Assembly (NCBI GenBank): GCA_017460085.1 | Contig: JAFUBQ010000003.1 | Span: forward strand, 187,142 to 251,141 | DNA: 64,000 nt | DNA from: Alphaproteobacteria bacterium | Lineage (GTDB): Bacteria; Pseudomonadota; Alphaproteobacteria; RF32; CAG-239 | Direction: 5' to 3' | Shown here: piece after piece, positions 1 through 9,476 of the stretch | How positions within the stretch are numbered: the first letter of the stretch is position 1 | Layout of the letters: each line of letters begins with the position of its first letter | Translations under genes and position numbers: made by a program | The notes under the pieces: model-generated | Seen by the model: the letters and a program-made list of their open reading frames with translations, nothing else | Databases searched by the model: none | What the model was told of the DNA's origin: nothing

Positions 1-186
1 CGTAAGTTAATTACCAAAATTGATGAAGCATTGGACCGCATTGAAGACGGCAGCTATGGTTATTGCGAAGAAACCGGTGAACCGATTGGTTTGGAGCGTT
101 TGGAAGCACGTCCGGTTGCAACGCTTTCAATTGAAGCGCAAGAGCGCCATGAACGCATGGAAAAAACTTTTGACGACGAAAATTAA
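1..186 (+). CDS. dksA: RNA polymerase-binding factor DksA, C-terminal fragment (the 5' end lies outside the window)
   Basis: Frame 1 translates to ...ALDRIEDGSYGYCEETGEPIGLERLEARPVATLSIEAQERHERMEK, stop at 184-186. This matches the DksA C-terminal region; the Cys4 zinc finger is mostly replaced, as in the alphaproteobacterial type. Confidence 0.6.
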   Translation, partial: RKLITKIDEALDRIEDGSYGYCEETGEPIGLERLEARPVATLSIEAQERHERMEKTFDDEN

Positions 187-759
187 ATGGCCGACGTTAA
201 GGATTATATTTTAGCATCGGGGTCGCCGCAGCGTATTGCTTTGTTGCGGCAGGTGGCATATGAACCTAAGGAAATTTTGCCGGCCGATATTGATGAAAGT
301 TGCCTGCAATATGAAAAGGCACTGCCTTATGTGCGGCGTATGGCCCTAAACAAAGCGCGCCATGTGGCAGAGATGCGACCAAACGAAAATGTTTTAGCCT
401 GCGATACAATTGTGGTGGTTGGGCAAAAAATTTTGCATAAATCTAAAGATGAGGAAGAACAGCGCCGCGTGATGAAAATGTTGTCAGGGAAAACGCATCG
501 GGTTATCAGCTCGGTGTGTTTAATCAATAAAAACGGCCGAGTTTCTCAGCGCACCGTTAGCACAAAAATGACAATGAAGCTTTTGACACCGCAGGAAATT
601 GAGGACTATGTGGCTTGCGGTGAATGGCACGGCGTTTGCGGATATAAAATTGAGGGGCGGCTTGCTGGCTTGGTTAAGCGCATGGTCGGTTCATATTCCG
701 GTGTGGTAGGCTTGCCGTTATACGAAACACTGAATATATTAAAAGGAGAGGGTATTTAG
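187..759 (+). CDS. maf: Maf-like nucleoside triphosphate pyrophosphatase / septum-formation protein
   Basis: 190 aa with the ILASGSPQR...D(T)IVV motif. ATG abuts the dksA stop. Confidence 0.85.
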   Translation: MADVKDYILASGSPQRIALLRQVAYEPKEILPADIDESCLQYEKALPYVRRMALNKARHVAEMRPNENVLACDTIVVVGQKILHKSKDEEEQRRVMKMLSGKTHRVISSVCLINKNGRVSQRTVSTKMTMKLLTPQEIEDYVACGEWHGVCGYKIEGRLAGLVKRMVGSYSGVVGLPLYETLNILKGEGI

Positions 760-1923
760 ATGTTAGCACAAAGAATAGTTTATGACCATAATGATACTTC
801 TTTCGGCATTGCCGTTTTTGATGAAAAGGGTTTGGCTGAAGTTGATATTTATAATGAAAAACGTGCCTTAGAAGGCAATGTTTATTTAGCGCGAATCGTT
901 AAAAAAATTAATTTAGCGCACGACAAGGTCGGTTTTATGGTTAATATTGGTGATGATACAGAAGCTTTTTTGAACGCATATGAGCCGGCTTTGAAAGAAG
1001 CCAATATGAATGAAGGGCAAAGCGTGGTGGTGCAGGTGGCGCAGGAAAAACACGCTGAAAAAGGTGCGAAAGTTGTGCGTAATATACAGTTGGTTGGAAC
1101 AAATTTAGTATATTGTCCGTTTAAATATGATGTGGAATATTCGCGCAAAATTGCCGATGTGGCTAAAGCTGAAAAATATCAGCGTTTGGTGCGGGAAAAA
1201 TGCGTTGGACAAGAAGGTTGGATTTTACGCACGGCAGCCGTTGAAGCCGAGGAAGCGGATATTGTTGCGGAAATGACTAAACTGCGTGATATATATGAAG
1301 ATATTCGCAAAAAAGCACGCACGCTGAATGCGCCGGCGCTGCTTTATGCTAAGGAAAATCCGTTGCTTGAGTATGTTCGTCGCTACAAAGACAGTTTGCG
1401 CGAAGTTGTGGTGGATTCTCCGAATTTGGTTGAAGAAGTTAAAAGCGTGTTTAGCGGAGAAATTAAACAAGAGCGTGAGGGGTTTGAAGCTTATGGTGTT
1501 GATGATGCTATTATTGAAGCGTTAGACCGTACGGTTAAGCTAAAAAGCGGCGGTTCGCTGCAAATTGAAGAAACCAGAGCTTGTGTTGCCATTGATGTTG
1601 ATAGCGGCGGTGCGCATAATGTGGGTGAAATTGATGAAGTTAATTTAGAAGCGGCGCGTGAAATTGCTCGGCAAATTCGCTTGCGTAATTTAGCCGGAAA
1701 AATTGTGATTGACTTTGCCGGTTCGTCCGAATATCGCTTTATGAAAGCGGTGATTGATGTTTTAAGCGAAGAACTGGCCGATGATGCGGCACATAGCCGA
1801 GTTTTAGGTTTAAGCCGCGGCGGAAATATTGAAATTGTGCGGCAACGGCGCAGACCAACTTTGCGTGATTTATATACGGTTGAATGTCCGACATGTAGCG
1901 GCACAGGAAGGGTGGAACCGTGA
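760..1923 (+). CDS. RNase E/G-family ribonuclease, short form at 387 aa
   Basis: N-terminal S1-like region followed by an IVIDFAGSSE catalytic-core motif typical of Rne/Rng. Starts directly after the maf stop. Shorter than canonical RNase G (about 490 aa). Confidence 0.7.
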   Translation: MLAQRIVYDHNDTSFGIAVFDEKGLAEVDIYNEKRALEGNVYLARIVKKINLAHDKVGFMVNIGDDTEAFLNAYEPALKEANMNEGQSVVVQVAQEKHAEKGAKVVRNIQLVGTNLVYCPFKYDVEYSRKIADVAKAEKYQRLVREKCVGQEGWILRTAAVEAEEADIVAEMTKLRDIYEDIRKKARTLNAPALLYAKENPLLEYVRRYKDSLREVVVDSPNLVEEVKSVFSGEIKQEREGFEAYGVDDAIIEALDRTVKLKSGGSLQIEETRACVAIDVDSGGAHNVGEIDEVNLEAAREIARQIRLRNLAGKIVIDFAGSSEYRFMKAVIDVLSEELADDAAHSRVLGLSRGGNIEIVRQRRRPTLRDLYTVECPTCSGTGRVEP

Positions 1924-2132
1924 GCGAAGTTATTGTAACACATCGTTGTTCAATTTGCAAAAAACTCTATAGCGATACGACCTATGCGCCGTTTTGTTCA
2001 AAGCGTTGCGCCGATGTGGATTTGGCACGTTGGTTTAACGGCAGCTATGCGGTAGCATCTGAGGACTTAGATGAACTGGAAACAGAGGAATTAAGCGAGG
2101 CGCTTGAGCATGCACAGCAATCAGAGCAATAA
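1920..2132 (+). CDS. yacG: DNA gyrase inhibitor YacG (zinc-ribbon)
   Basis: 70 aa with CSICKK...CSKRC, i.e. two CxxC pairs. Overlaps the rng stop by 4 nt; the maf-rng-yacG order is conserved. Confidence 0.7.
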   Translation: MSEVIVTHRCSICKKLYSDTTYAPFCSKRCADVDLARWFNGSYAVASEDLDELETEELSEALEHAQQSEQ

Positions 2133-3237
2133 TCCTGTGGAAGTTTTAACCGATGGAACAGCACTAAAGGTGTTGTTGCAAGGTGATATTGTAGGTTATA
2201 GCAGCGATGATGTGCTTAAAAAAATTAATAACATAAGTTCGGAGATTAAAAAAGTTGTTTTTGTACCAGATGACTTGCAAAATTGGGATTCGTCACTGAT
2301 TTTGTTGGTTTATAACACTGTGCGAATTGGAAAGGCAAAAAATGTTGACGTGCAAATAAATAAATTGCCGAAAAATTTACAAGAGTTGGTAAATATGGCC
2401 TTTGCGGTGGATAGAAAACCTGAAAAAGGCGGTAAAACCATGCTGAGTTTTTTGGAGCGAATCGGGCGGAAGATTATAGGAGAATTTAATATAATCGGTG
2501 ATGTTATAGGTTATATTGGTGAAGTGTTCGTCGGATTACTTCGCTTTTTAAGTTTTCGTTCTATTATGCGGCGTGTTGATTTTTACGCTGCTTTAGAAGA
2601 TTGCGGACCTAAGGCGCTTGCAATTGTTTCTTTAATTAGCTTTTTAGTTGGGCTAATTTTGGCCTTTGTCGGTGCGGTGCAACTGCAAACATTCGGCGCA
2701 CAAATTTATGTGGCAAGCCTTGTTACAATTGGTATGTGTCGGATTATGGGGGCAATTATGGTGGGCATTATTATGGCTGGCCGCACCGGTTCGGCATATG
2801 CGGCAACCATTGGCACCATGCAGGTGAACGAGGAACTTGATGCATTGCAAACAATGGGTTTGTCGCGGGTAGATTTTTTGGTGCTACCGCGCTTGTTGGC
2901 GATGATTTTGGCAATGCCTATTTTGACGATGTTGGCTGATATTATGGGAATGATAGGTGGTGCATTTATTGGTGTTTTTTTAATGAATTTACCTTATCAG
3001 GAATATTGGAAATATGCTTTTAATGCTTTTACATTGAACAATTTTTTAGTTGGAGTTTTTCACGGTTTTTGCTTTGGATTTATTATTGCCTTATGCGGTT
3101 GCTATAGTGGTTTAACCTGCGGACGCAATGCCGACAGTGTTGGTGCAGCGACAACGCGTTCCGTAGTTAATGCCATTGTCTTGATGATTGTTGTTACGGG
3201 TATTATTACCGTTATTTGTCAGGAGATTGGCATATGA
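2104..3237 (+). CDS. mlaE: MlaE-family ABC permease with an N-terminal STAS (MlaB-like) domain fused
   Basis: C-terminal 260 aa is the MlaE/Ttg2B permease core with multiple TM segments. The N-terminal 110 aa (GDIVGYSSDDV...VVFVPDD) looks like a STAS/anti-sigma-antagonist domain. True start may be a few codons downstream. Confidence 0.8.
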   Translation: MSMHSNQSNNPVEVLTDGTALKVLLQGDIVGYSSDDVLKKINNISSEIKKVVFVPDDLQNWDSSLILLVYNTVRIGKAKNVDVQINKLPKNLQELVNMAFAVDRKPEKGGKTMLSFLERIGRKIIGEFNIIGDVIGYIGEVFVGLLRFLSFRSIMRRVDFYAALEDCGPKALAIVSLISFLVGLILAFVGAVQLQTFGAQIYVASLVTIGMCRIMGAIMVGIIMAGRTGSAYAATIGTMQVNEELDALQTMGLSRVDFLVLPRLLAMILAMPILTMLADIMGMIGGAFIGVFLMNLPYQEYWKYAFNAFTLNNFLVGVFHGFCFGFIIALCGCYSGLTCGRNADSVGAATTRSVVNAIVLMIVVTGIITVICQEIGI

Positions 3238-3989
3238 AAGAGCAAGTTATCATTAAGGCGGAAAATTTGTCGGTGGGTTATGGTGATTATGTGTTGTTGC
3301 ACGATGCCGACTATGAAGTGAATAAAGGTGACGTTTTTATTATTATGGGCGGAAGCGGTTGCGGCAAAAGCAGTATGTTGCGCGTTTTAACCGGTCTGTT
3401 GCCGCCGCTTAAAGGAAGCGTGGATATTGACGGGGTCAATATAGTGACGGCTTCTGCCGAAAAAATGCAGCAAATACGCGAAAAATCGGGGATTTTGTAT
3501 CAAAGCGGGGCATTGTTCAGCTCTATGACATTGGCAGAAAACATTATGCTTCCGTTACAGCAATATTCTGATTATTCGCCGCAAACCATGCGTGAGTTAG
3601 CATCATTAAAACTGGCATTGGTAGGTTTGAAAGGATTTGATGATTTTTATCCTTCGGAAATTTCCGGCGGTATGAAAAAAAGAGCCGGTTTGGCGCGGGC
3701 CTTGGCGTTAGACCCTGATATTGTGTATTTTGATGAGCCTTCTGCCGGTTTAGACCCTGTTAGTTCGCATAATTTAGATGAGCTGATTTTGGAAATTAAC
3801 CGCAGTTTAGGGACAACGATTGTGGTGGTTACGCACGAGTTGAGCTCTATTTTTACCATTGGCAACAATTCTATTTTTTTAGATGCTGAAACCAAAACAA
3901 TTTTAGCGCGCGGAAATCCAAAGGAATTATTAAAAAATCCGCCGAATGAAAAAGTATATGAGTTTTTAACACGAGGAGAAAAAAAGTAA
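3234..3989 (+). CDS. mlaF: MlaF-family ABC transporter ATP-binding protein
   Basis: Walker A GGSGCGKSS, signature LSGGMKKRAGLARAL, Walker B IVYFDEP. ATGA overlap with mlaE. Confidence 0.85.
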   Translation: MKEQVIIKAENLSVGYGDYVLLHDADYEVNKGDVFIIMGGSGCGKSSMLRVLTGLLPPLKGSVDIDGVNIVTASAEKMQQIREKSGILYQSGALFSSMTLAENIMLPLQQYSDYSPQTMRELASLKLALVGLKGFDDFYPSEISGGMKKRAGLARALALDPDIVYFDEPSAGLDPVSSHNLDELILEINRSLGTTIVVVTHELSSIFTIGNNSIFLDAETKTILARGNPKELLKNPPNEKVYEFLTRGEKK

Positions 3990-3990
3990 G

Positions 3991-4767
3991 ATGCAGCAGA
4001 AAACAACATATAAGATGGTCGGTTTGTTTGTAGTTGTCGGTTTATTGGCTTTTGCCGGCATTATTTTGAAATATGCTGGAGGCCAATTTACAACTGATAA
4101 AAATGATATGGTGGTAATGTATTTTGAAGAATCTATACGCGGATTGAGCGTTGGCTCGTCGGTAGTGTTCAAGGGGGTTGAAGTTGGTAAAGTGGCCGAT
4201 ATAAGTTTATTGGCGAATTTTAAAGAAGGCACATTTAAAACACCGGTTTGGGTATTATTTAATATGGAAGATAATATAGATGCAATTGACCGCGCCGAGT
4301 TAGATAATAAGCAAATGCTGGATAACTTAATTGCCAAGGGTTTGCGGGCGCGGCTTATTTCAGCCAATTATTTAACCGGTCAATTAATGATTGAATTGGT
4401 GATGGATGCAAAAGCACCGGCCGTGCTGCGCGGAACCGGAAGATATTGGGAAATTCCGACTGAACTTTCCTCATTTGCTATGTTATCGCAAGATTTGGAA
4501 GAAGTGCCGCTGCGAGAAATTCTTTCACGCTTTGGCAACATTATTCAAGATTTGGAAGAAAATTTGCCGCAAATTATGGAAAATACAACGCAAATTACGC
4601 AAAAGCTGGATAAGGCACTTGACAAGAACACTGGCGAGGCTTCAAAGTCTATGAAGAGCTTTAATGCAGCAATGGAAGAAGTTAGCAAGGCAAGTCGGTC
4701 TATTAATAATTTAACCGATTATTTAGAGCGGCATCCGGAAGCTTTGCTTAGGGGAAAGGAGAAATAA
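3991..4767 (+). CDS. mlaD: MCE-domain protein (MlaD-like periplasmic substrate-binding component)
   Basis: N-terminal TM, an MCE domain, and a C-terminal helical extension. Lies in the operon with mlaE/mlaF. Confidence 0.8.
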   Translation: MQQKTTYKMVGLFVVVGLLAFAGIILKYAGGQFTTDKNDMVVMYFEESIRGLSVGSSVVFKGVEVGKVADISLLANFKEGTFKTPVWVLFNMEDNIDAIDRAELDNKQMLDNLIAKGLRARLISANYLTGQLMIELVMDAKAPAVLRGTGRYWEIPTELSSFAMLSQDLEEVPLREILSRFGNIIQDLEENLPQIMENTTQITQKLDKALDKNTGEASKSMKSFNAAMEEVSKASRSINNLTDYLERHPEALLRGKEK

Positions 4768-4768
4768 A

Positions 4769-5335
4769 ATGAAAAAATGGATTATCGGACTTTTTTTAGT
4801 TTTATGTGCTTGCAGTTGGCGCACGCCAAATTCGACTTTTTATATGATGAGCAGTGAAAATTTGGAGCCGATGTCGAATCGGAAAATCAGTGTGGCGGTG
4901 GCAAGAGTTAAAGTGCCTGATTTGTTGGACCGACCGCAGATGGTGATTTATGAACCGAACAGCGATGTGGTAAAAATTGAAGAATTTAGCCGCTGGGGAG
5001 AAGTTTTTCCTGATGTAATACAAGCTACGGTTACCAATGATTTGATGGCGTTTTTACCGAATGCATTTGTGAAACGCACATATTTTGATAGTGGCAATAT
5101 GAACTACAGTGTTAATATTGAAATTAATAAAATGGCGGCATATTTAGACGATAAGGTTGTTTTGAGTGCGTGGTGGAACATTACTAATTCAGGTGGCAGA
5201 GTTTTGCGGCGCGGGCAAGAGAGTTTTGAAACAAAAGTTAAGGGCAATTCTTTGACAGATTTGGTTGAAGCGCAAACACAGGCAATTCATTTACTTTCAA
5301 AAGCTATTGCTAAACAGTTAATTAGCGGAACTTAA
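4769..5335 (+). CDS. ABC-transport auxiliary lipoprotein (PqiC/DUF330-like)
   Basis: Signal peptide with a lipobox Cys (LVLCAC). Placed right after the MCE gene, which is typical of PF03886 partners. Confidence 0.65.
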   Translation: MKKWIIGLFLVLCACSWRTPNSTFYMMSSENLEPMSNRKISVAVARVKVPDLLDRPQMVIYEPNSDVVKIEEFSRWGEVFPDVIQATVTNDLMAFLPNAFVKRTYFDSGNMNYSVNIEINKMAAYLDDKVVLSAWWNITNSGGRVLRRGQESFETKVKGNSLTDLVEAQTQAIHLLSKAIAKQLISGT

Positions 5336-5379
5336 AAATATATGGCTCGTTTTTTTTACTTGACATTGTTTTATATATA

Positions 5380-5394
5380 GAACTAAACTAGAAC
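5380..5394 (+). promoter_or_regulatory. LexA operator (alphaproteobacterial SOS box, GAAC-N7-GAAC direct repeat)
   Basis: GAACTAAACTAGAAC lies 18 nt upstream of the lexA ATG, with a TTGACA hexamer at 5360-5365 upstream of it. Confidence 0.6.
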
Positions 5395-5411
5395 AAATGT
5401 AAGGAGAAAAA

Positions 5412-6068
5412 ATGTTAACGCAAAAACAGTATAATTTATTGATGTTCATCAATAAGGTAAATCGTGAAACAGGTAGTTGCCCTTCTTTTGATGAAATGAA
5501 AGACGCGGTTGGATTGAAGTCAAAATCTGGAATTCACGCCTTAATCAGTTCTTTGGAAGAACGTAATTTTATTCGACGTATTCCACATAAAGCACGGGCA
5601 TTGGAAGTGGTGAGAATGCCACGCTTTAAACCGCATGCAATTATGGAAGAAGAAAAAAAACGCGAAGAAGCTTTGCAAAATGCTAATGCAATAATACCTC
5701 TTTATGGCAAAATTGCTGCCGGCACGCCAATTGAAGCTATTGCTGATGGAACTGAGACTGTTTCTGTTCCCTTTAATATGGTTGCTCTTGGGCAATATTA
5801 TGCGCTCAAAATTGAGGGTGATTCAATGATAGAAGCCGGAATTATGGATGGAGATACGGCAATTATTCGTAAGCAGGAACAAGCAGATAATGGGAAAATA
5901 GTGGTTGCTTTGGTTGATAATAACGAGGCAACGCTGAAAATTCTGAAAAAAGAAAATTCTTTGGTTCATTTAATTCCGTGTAATAAAGACTATAAGGTGA
6001 GAACATTGCCGTCAGAACGCGTGAAAATTCAGGGTATTTTATCCGGAATAATTCGGCAATATAAATGA
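5412..6068 (+). CDS. lexA: LexA repressor
   Basis: 218 aa with an N-terminal winged HTH and a C-terminal S24 peptidase domain (Ala-Gly cleavage region, Ser/Lys dyad context GDSM...K). Confidence 0.9.
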   Translation: MLTQKQYNLLMFINKVNRETGSCPSFDEMKDAVGLKSKSGIHALISSLEERNFIRRIPHKARALEVVRMPRFKPHAIMEEEKKREEALQNANAIIPLYGKIAAGTPIEAIADGTETVSVPFNMVALGQYYALKIEGDSMIEAGIMDGDTAIIRKQEQADNGKIVVALVDNNEATLKILKKENSLVHLIPCNKDYKVRTLPSERVKIQGILSGIIRQYK

Positions 6069-6084
6069 TATACGGGAGTTTTTT

Positions 6085-6777
6085 ATGCCGTATAAAAATT
6101 TTGAAAGCCTAAAAGGATTTTTACTTTTATATTCAATTTTAGCTATGTTCATCGGGATTGGGATTTATTTGTATTTTAAAATCTCGCAACGCAATAATAT
6201 AAACCAAACAATAGAAGATATTATGCTTATGGTGCAAAATATTTCCGAAGACGAAGCAAAGAACAGGTATAGTGGTTTTAATACTGATGTTGCTGTTTTA
6301 GGCGAATATTTTCCTTTTGACTTGCAAATTGAAGAAAAGCAAGAGCATTATTCGGTAAAAAATCGTTTTGGCGGAGAAATTCAAATATATGAATCGTTTG
6401 CCGATAAAGAGGCGCGAAATAAATATTTTCAATTTTCTCAGGACACACACACTTATGAAAAAATGTCGTCCGGCGGTGGAGCATATATTATATTGTTAAC
6501 TGAATTAAGCGGGCGCGTGTGCCGTGTTTTAGCGCAAGTTGATTGGAAAAACAAAATGCCGAATTTTTTGGGTTTGGAAGCGGGTTACACAACACCGCGA
6601 AATCAGAACAACGGTTTATATAATCTACATTATTATGTTTTGAAAGATAATTTGGGAGAAAAGTTTTTAACCGATGATGCCGGTAAACAATCTTATGATG
6701 CGCTTACAACGGAAGACGCAAGAAAGGCGTGTGGCTGTATGTGGCGTAGTTGTTCGTTGGCTTTGAAATTTTTGTAG
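6085..6777 (+). CDS. Hypothetical single-pass membrane protein co-transcribed with lexA
   Basis: 230 aa. N-terminal TM helix (FLLLYSILAMFIGIGIYLYF). GGGAG RBS 9 nt upstream of the ATG. 16-nt gap to lexA with no terminator between. Confidence 0.5.
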   Translation: MPYKNFESLKGFLLLYSILAMFIGIGIYLYFKISQRNNINQTIEDIMLMVQNISEDEAKNRYSGFNTDVAVLGEYFPFDLQIEEKQEHYSVKNRFGGEIQIYESFADKEARNKYFQFSQDTHTYEKMSSGGGAYIILLTELSGRVCRVLAQVDWKNKMPNFLGLEAGYTTPRNQNNGLYNLHYYVLKDNLGEKFLTDDAGKQSYDALTTEDARKACGCMWRSCSLALKFL

Positions 6778-6867
6778 AAGTGTAAAAAAAACTGATTTAT
6801 TTATAACTTTTTAACACTTAATGCATACAATAACAGTGATTTAATTGTCAATAGTGGAGAAATAAAA

Positions 6868-7275
6868 ATGGCAAAAGAAAATAAGACAGAAACAAATACA
6901 CCTAAATTTGGTATTGTTAACGTACAAGCCGTTGTGGCTCAAACACCTGGAGTTGTTGATTTGCGTAATGAACAAGAAGCAAAACGCAGAGAAGTGCAAG
7001 AATGGATTAATGCACGTAATGCAGAAATTGCTGCTGCTGAAGAAGCCAAAAAAGCAGAATTAACAAAAAAATATCAAGGTGAACTGAATGAACGTCAGCA
7101 GAAAATGCAAGCAGAATATGCGCAAAAAGTGCAGGCTCTTGATGCTAATTTAAATAAGTTGATTACTGAAATAGCAGAAAAAGAACATTTAAATTATGTT
7201 TTCAATGTTGGCTCGTTAGTGTTTGGCGGAATGGATATTACGTCACAAGTTCTTGAAAAATTAAATGCAAAATAA
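6868..7275 (+). CDS. OmpH/Skp-family chaperone-like protein, copy 1
   Basis: 135 aa with an Skp-like heptad/coiled-coil core and a C-terminal Y[VF]F..G.VVFGG.DIT motif. No obvious signal peptide. Confidence 0.65.
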   Translation: MAKENKTETNTPKFGIVNVQAVVAQTPGVVDLRNEQEAKRREVQEWINARNAEIAAAEEAKKAELTKKYQGELNERQQKMQAEYAQKVQALDANLNKLITEIAEKEHLNYVFNVGSLVFGGMDITSQVLEKLNAK

Positions 7276-7287
7276 GGAATTAAAAAT

Positions 7288-7755
7288 ATGATAAAAAAAG
7301 TAAGTAAAAAAAATGCGGTAAAAGAAAATAAAGCAACTATTGTTGAGAGTAGTAACACTACAGCCCATGTTTTGGGTGATGCTAAAATTGCCGTTGTAGA
7401 TGTGCAATTTTTGGTTAATCAAACGCCGTCTGTTTTAGCTTTGCGCGCAGAACAACAGCAAAATGCATCGATTATTCAAAATTGGATTAATGGTGTTAAT
7501 AGCCAGCTTAGCCAAATTGCAGACCAAAACACTCGTAATGCAACGGCACAACAATATCAAATTGAGCTGAATAAGCGTCAACAAATGCTGCAAAGTCAAT
7601 ATGCTATGAAAATTCAGGCAATTGATGCTGAGCTTTCAAAATTGATTTCTGATGTGGCAAATGAGAAAAAATTAGATTATGTTTTTGCTAAAGGTATGGT
7701 TGTTTTTGGCGGTACCGATATTACCGAAGATGTAGCAAAACTTTTGAAAAAGTAG
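7288..7755 (+). CDS. OmpH/Skp-family chaperone-like protein, copy 2 (tandem paralogue)
   Basis: 155 aa with the same C-terminal motif, DYVFAKGMVVFGGTDIT. 12-nt gap from copy 1. Confidence 0.65.
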   Translation: MIKKVSKKNAVKENKATIVESSNTTAHVLGDAKIAVVDVQFLVNQTPSVLALRAEQQQNASIIQNWINGVNSQLSQIADQNTRNATAQQYQIELNKRQQMLQSQYAMKIQAIDAELSKLISDVANEKKLDYVFAKGMVVFGGTDITEDVAKLLKK

Positions 7756-7775
7756 GTTTTTTAATAACTCCTCCC

Positions 7776-7858
7776 GGCATTGCTGAAGCGTTTGGTTTGG
7801 CAATGCCTTTTTAGTATAAAAAATCCGCAGAATTATGTTCCTGCGGATTTCTTTTATT
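7776..7858 (+). terminator. Two tandem rho-independent terminators after the skp-like pair
   Basis: First: GGCATTGC...GCAATGCC followed by TTTTT. Second: ATCCGCAG-N10-CTGCGGAT followed by TTCTTTT. Confidence 0.6.
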
Positions 7859-7950
7859 GGCTTGACCTAAAATGATACCACCGGCGTAAGCCGGTGGAGT
7901 TTCATAAAGCAAGCCAACGGTCAAATTTCCGGTTAAGCTCTGCTTGTTGC

Positions 7951-8772
7951 TTATTCTTTAGACTGCTCAATAGTTGTTGAGTTTGCCATTTTCTTTTCTC
8001 GCATAAAACGCCATACGGTTAAAGGAACGGTAAACAAATAGCATAGTGTGAATAGTCCTAATGTGAGCCATGGTTTAGTCAGCAAGCAGCTGATAAATAA
8101 AACAAACAACACCATTAGAGGTACAAACCAATCGGCGCTGATTTTAGTTTTCTTTAACGACAGTGTCGGAATGCGGCTAATCATTAAAAATGCCACAATC
8201 AGCATAAGTGCACTGCAGATATAGCGATTGCGCAGCAGATATGCCATTTCTTCGTTATCAAACCAAATTAATATCGGCATCATGGCAATTGCTGCAGCCA
8301 TTGGAGCAGGCACGCCTACAAAATAGTGTGACCAATATTCCGGCACGCTTTCATCTTCCAGCATAGTGTTGAAACGAGCCAAGCGCATAGCCATTGCCGA
8401 AGCAAACATAAGGGAAAAAATCCATCCCCAGTGTGTTAAATCGTGTAAACACCATTGATACATTAAAATTGCCGGAGCTACGCCAAAACTAACAAAATCA
8501 GAAAGCGAATCCAGTTCTGCCCCAAATTTTGATGAAGCCTTCAGCTTGCGAGCAACTCGGCCATCAAGTCCGTCGAATATACAGGCTAAAAAAATGCAGC
8601 CTATTGCATACATCCAATTGCCGATAATTGCAAAACGAATCGTTGTCACACCTGCGCAAAGAGCCATTAACGTGACAATATTCGGTGCCATTTTACGGAA
8701 CGGAACTTCTTTGAGTTTACCCATTGCTTTTTTCTTTATTATATGCCTTGTCGGCATTGTTTTTCTTACCAT
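7951..8772 (-). CDS. pssA: CDP-diacylglycerol--serine O-phosphatidyltransferase
   Basis: CDP-alcohol phosphatidyltransferase motif DGLDGRVAR...G..LDSLSD and multiple TM segments. TAATG overlap with psd. Confidence 0.8.
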   Translation of the reverse strand: MVRKTMPTRHIIKKKAMGKLKEVPFRKMAPNIVTLMALCAGVTTIRFAIIGNWMYAIGCIFLACIFDGLDGRVARKLKASSKFGAELDSLSDFVSFGVAPAILMYQWCLHDLTHWGWIFSLMFASAMAMRLARFNTMLEDESVPEYWSHYFVGVPAPMAAAIAMMPILIWFDNEEMAYLLRNRYICSALMLIVAFLMISRIPTLSLKKTKISADWFVPLMVLFVLFISCLLTKPWLTLGLFTLCYLFTVPLTVWRFMREKKMANSTTIEQSKE

Positions 8773-9476
8773 TATCTGATTTCTCCTTCAATTCGGGGAG
8801 CGTCGGACCTTATGTTGGCAACAATAGTTTCTCCGGCAATCATCTGCTGCCCGATGCAAACCTGCGGTTCAATCTTATCAGGTAAAAATAAATCAACATA
8901 TCCGCCATATCTGATAAAACCGAAACGTTGCCCAGTGGTATATTCATCACTGATTTTAACTTTATTAATAACACGCTTATTGCAAATAAGAGCTGTTTGC
9001 TGTATTGCAAGCTCATAATTAGCATTGCGCCATGAAAACATTGCTTTTTCATTATGCAAATCATTTTTATGCCAGTTATCGGAAAAATTTTTACCTTCAG
9101 TGTAGAAGGTTTTATGAATTTTACCTTTCAAAGGGATTCGATTTATATGCGAATCGAACAAACTGGAATATATGCACACGCGCGTAAAATTTCTATTGCC
9201 AAGACCAAGCGCATCAGGGCCTTTTTCTCGGCTTATGGAAACCACCAAGCCATCTGCCGGTGCCACAATGGCATCAGAGAGTATGGGGGTTATGCGTTGC
9301 GGGTCACGAAAACAATAAAATGTTAAAATTGTTACCAAAAACGAAAGAAAACCAAGTGGTATCCACAACATTGCTAAAACGATGGAAACTAGCGCCAAAG
9401 CACTTATAAATTTCCATCCGTCCTCATTAATATTGGGAAACAGATAGCGGCGCAGTGAAATATCAACAGCTTTCAT
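8772..9476 (-). CDS. psd: Phosphatidylserine decarboxylase, short-type proenzyme
   Basis: 234 aa. N-terminal membrane anchor and a Psd-like core. Operon with pssA. Confidence 0.75.
   Translation of the reverse strand: MKAVDISLRRYLFPNINEDGWKFISALALVSIVLAMLWIPLGFLSFLVTILTFYCFRDPQRITPILSDAIVAPADGLVVSISREKGPDALGLGNRNFTRVCIYSSLFDSHINRIPLKGKIHKTFYTEGKNFSDNWHKNDLHNEKAMFSWRNANYELAIQQTALICNKRVINKVKISDEYTTGQRFGFIRYGGYVDLFLPDKIEPQVCIGQQMIAGETIVANIRSDAPRIEGEIR

Noticed and set aside
882-1943. Antisense ORFs inside rng (882..1148, 1225..1470, 1491..1943, 1739..1960)
   Set aside because: They lie entirely within, and opposite to, a well-supported RNase E/G-family gene. They are low-complexity shadow ORFs.
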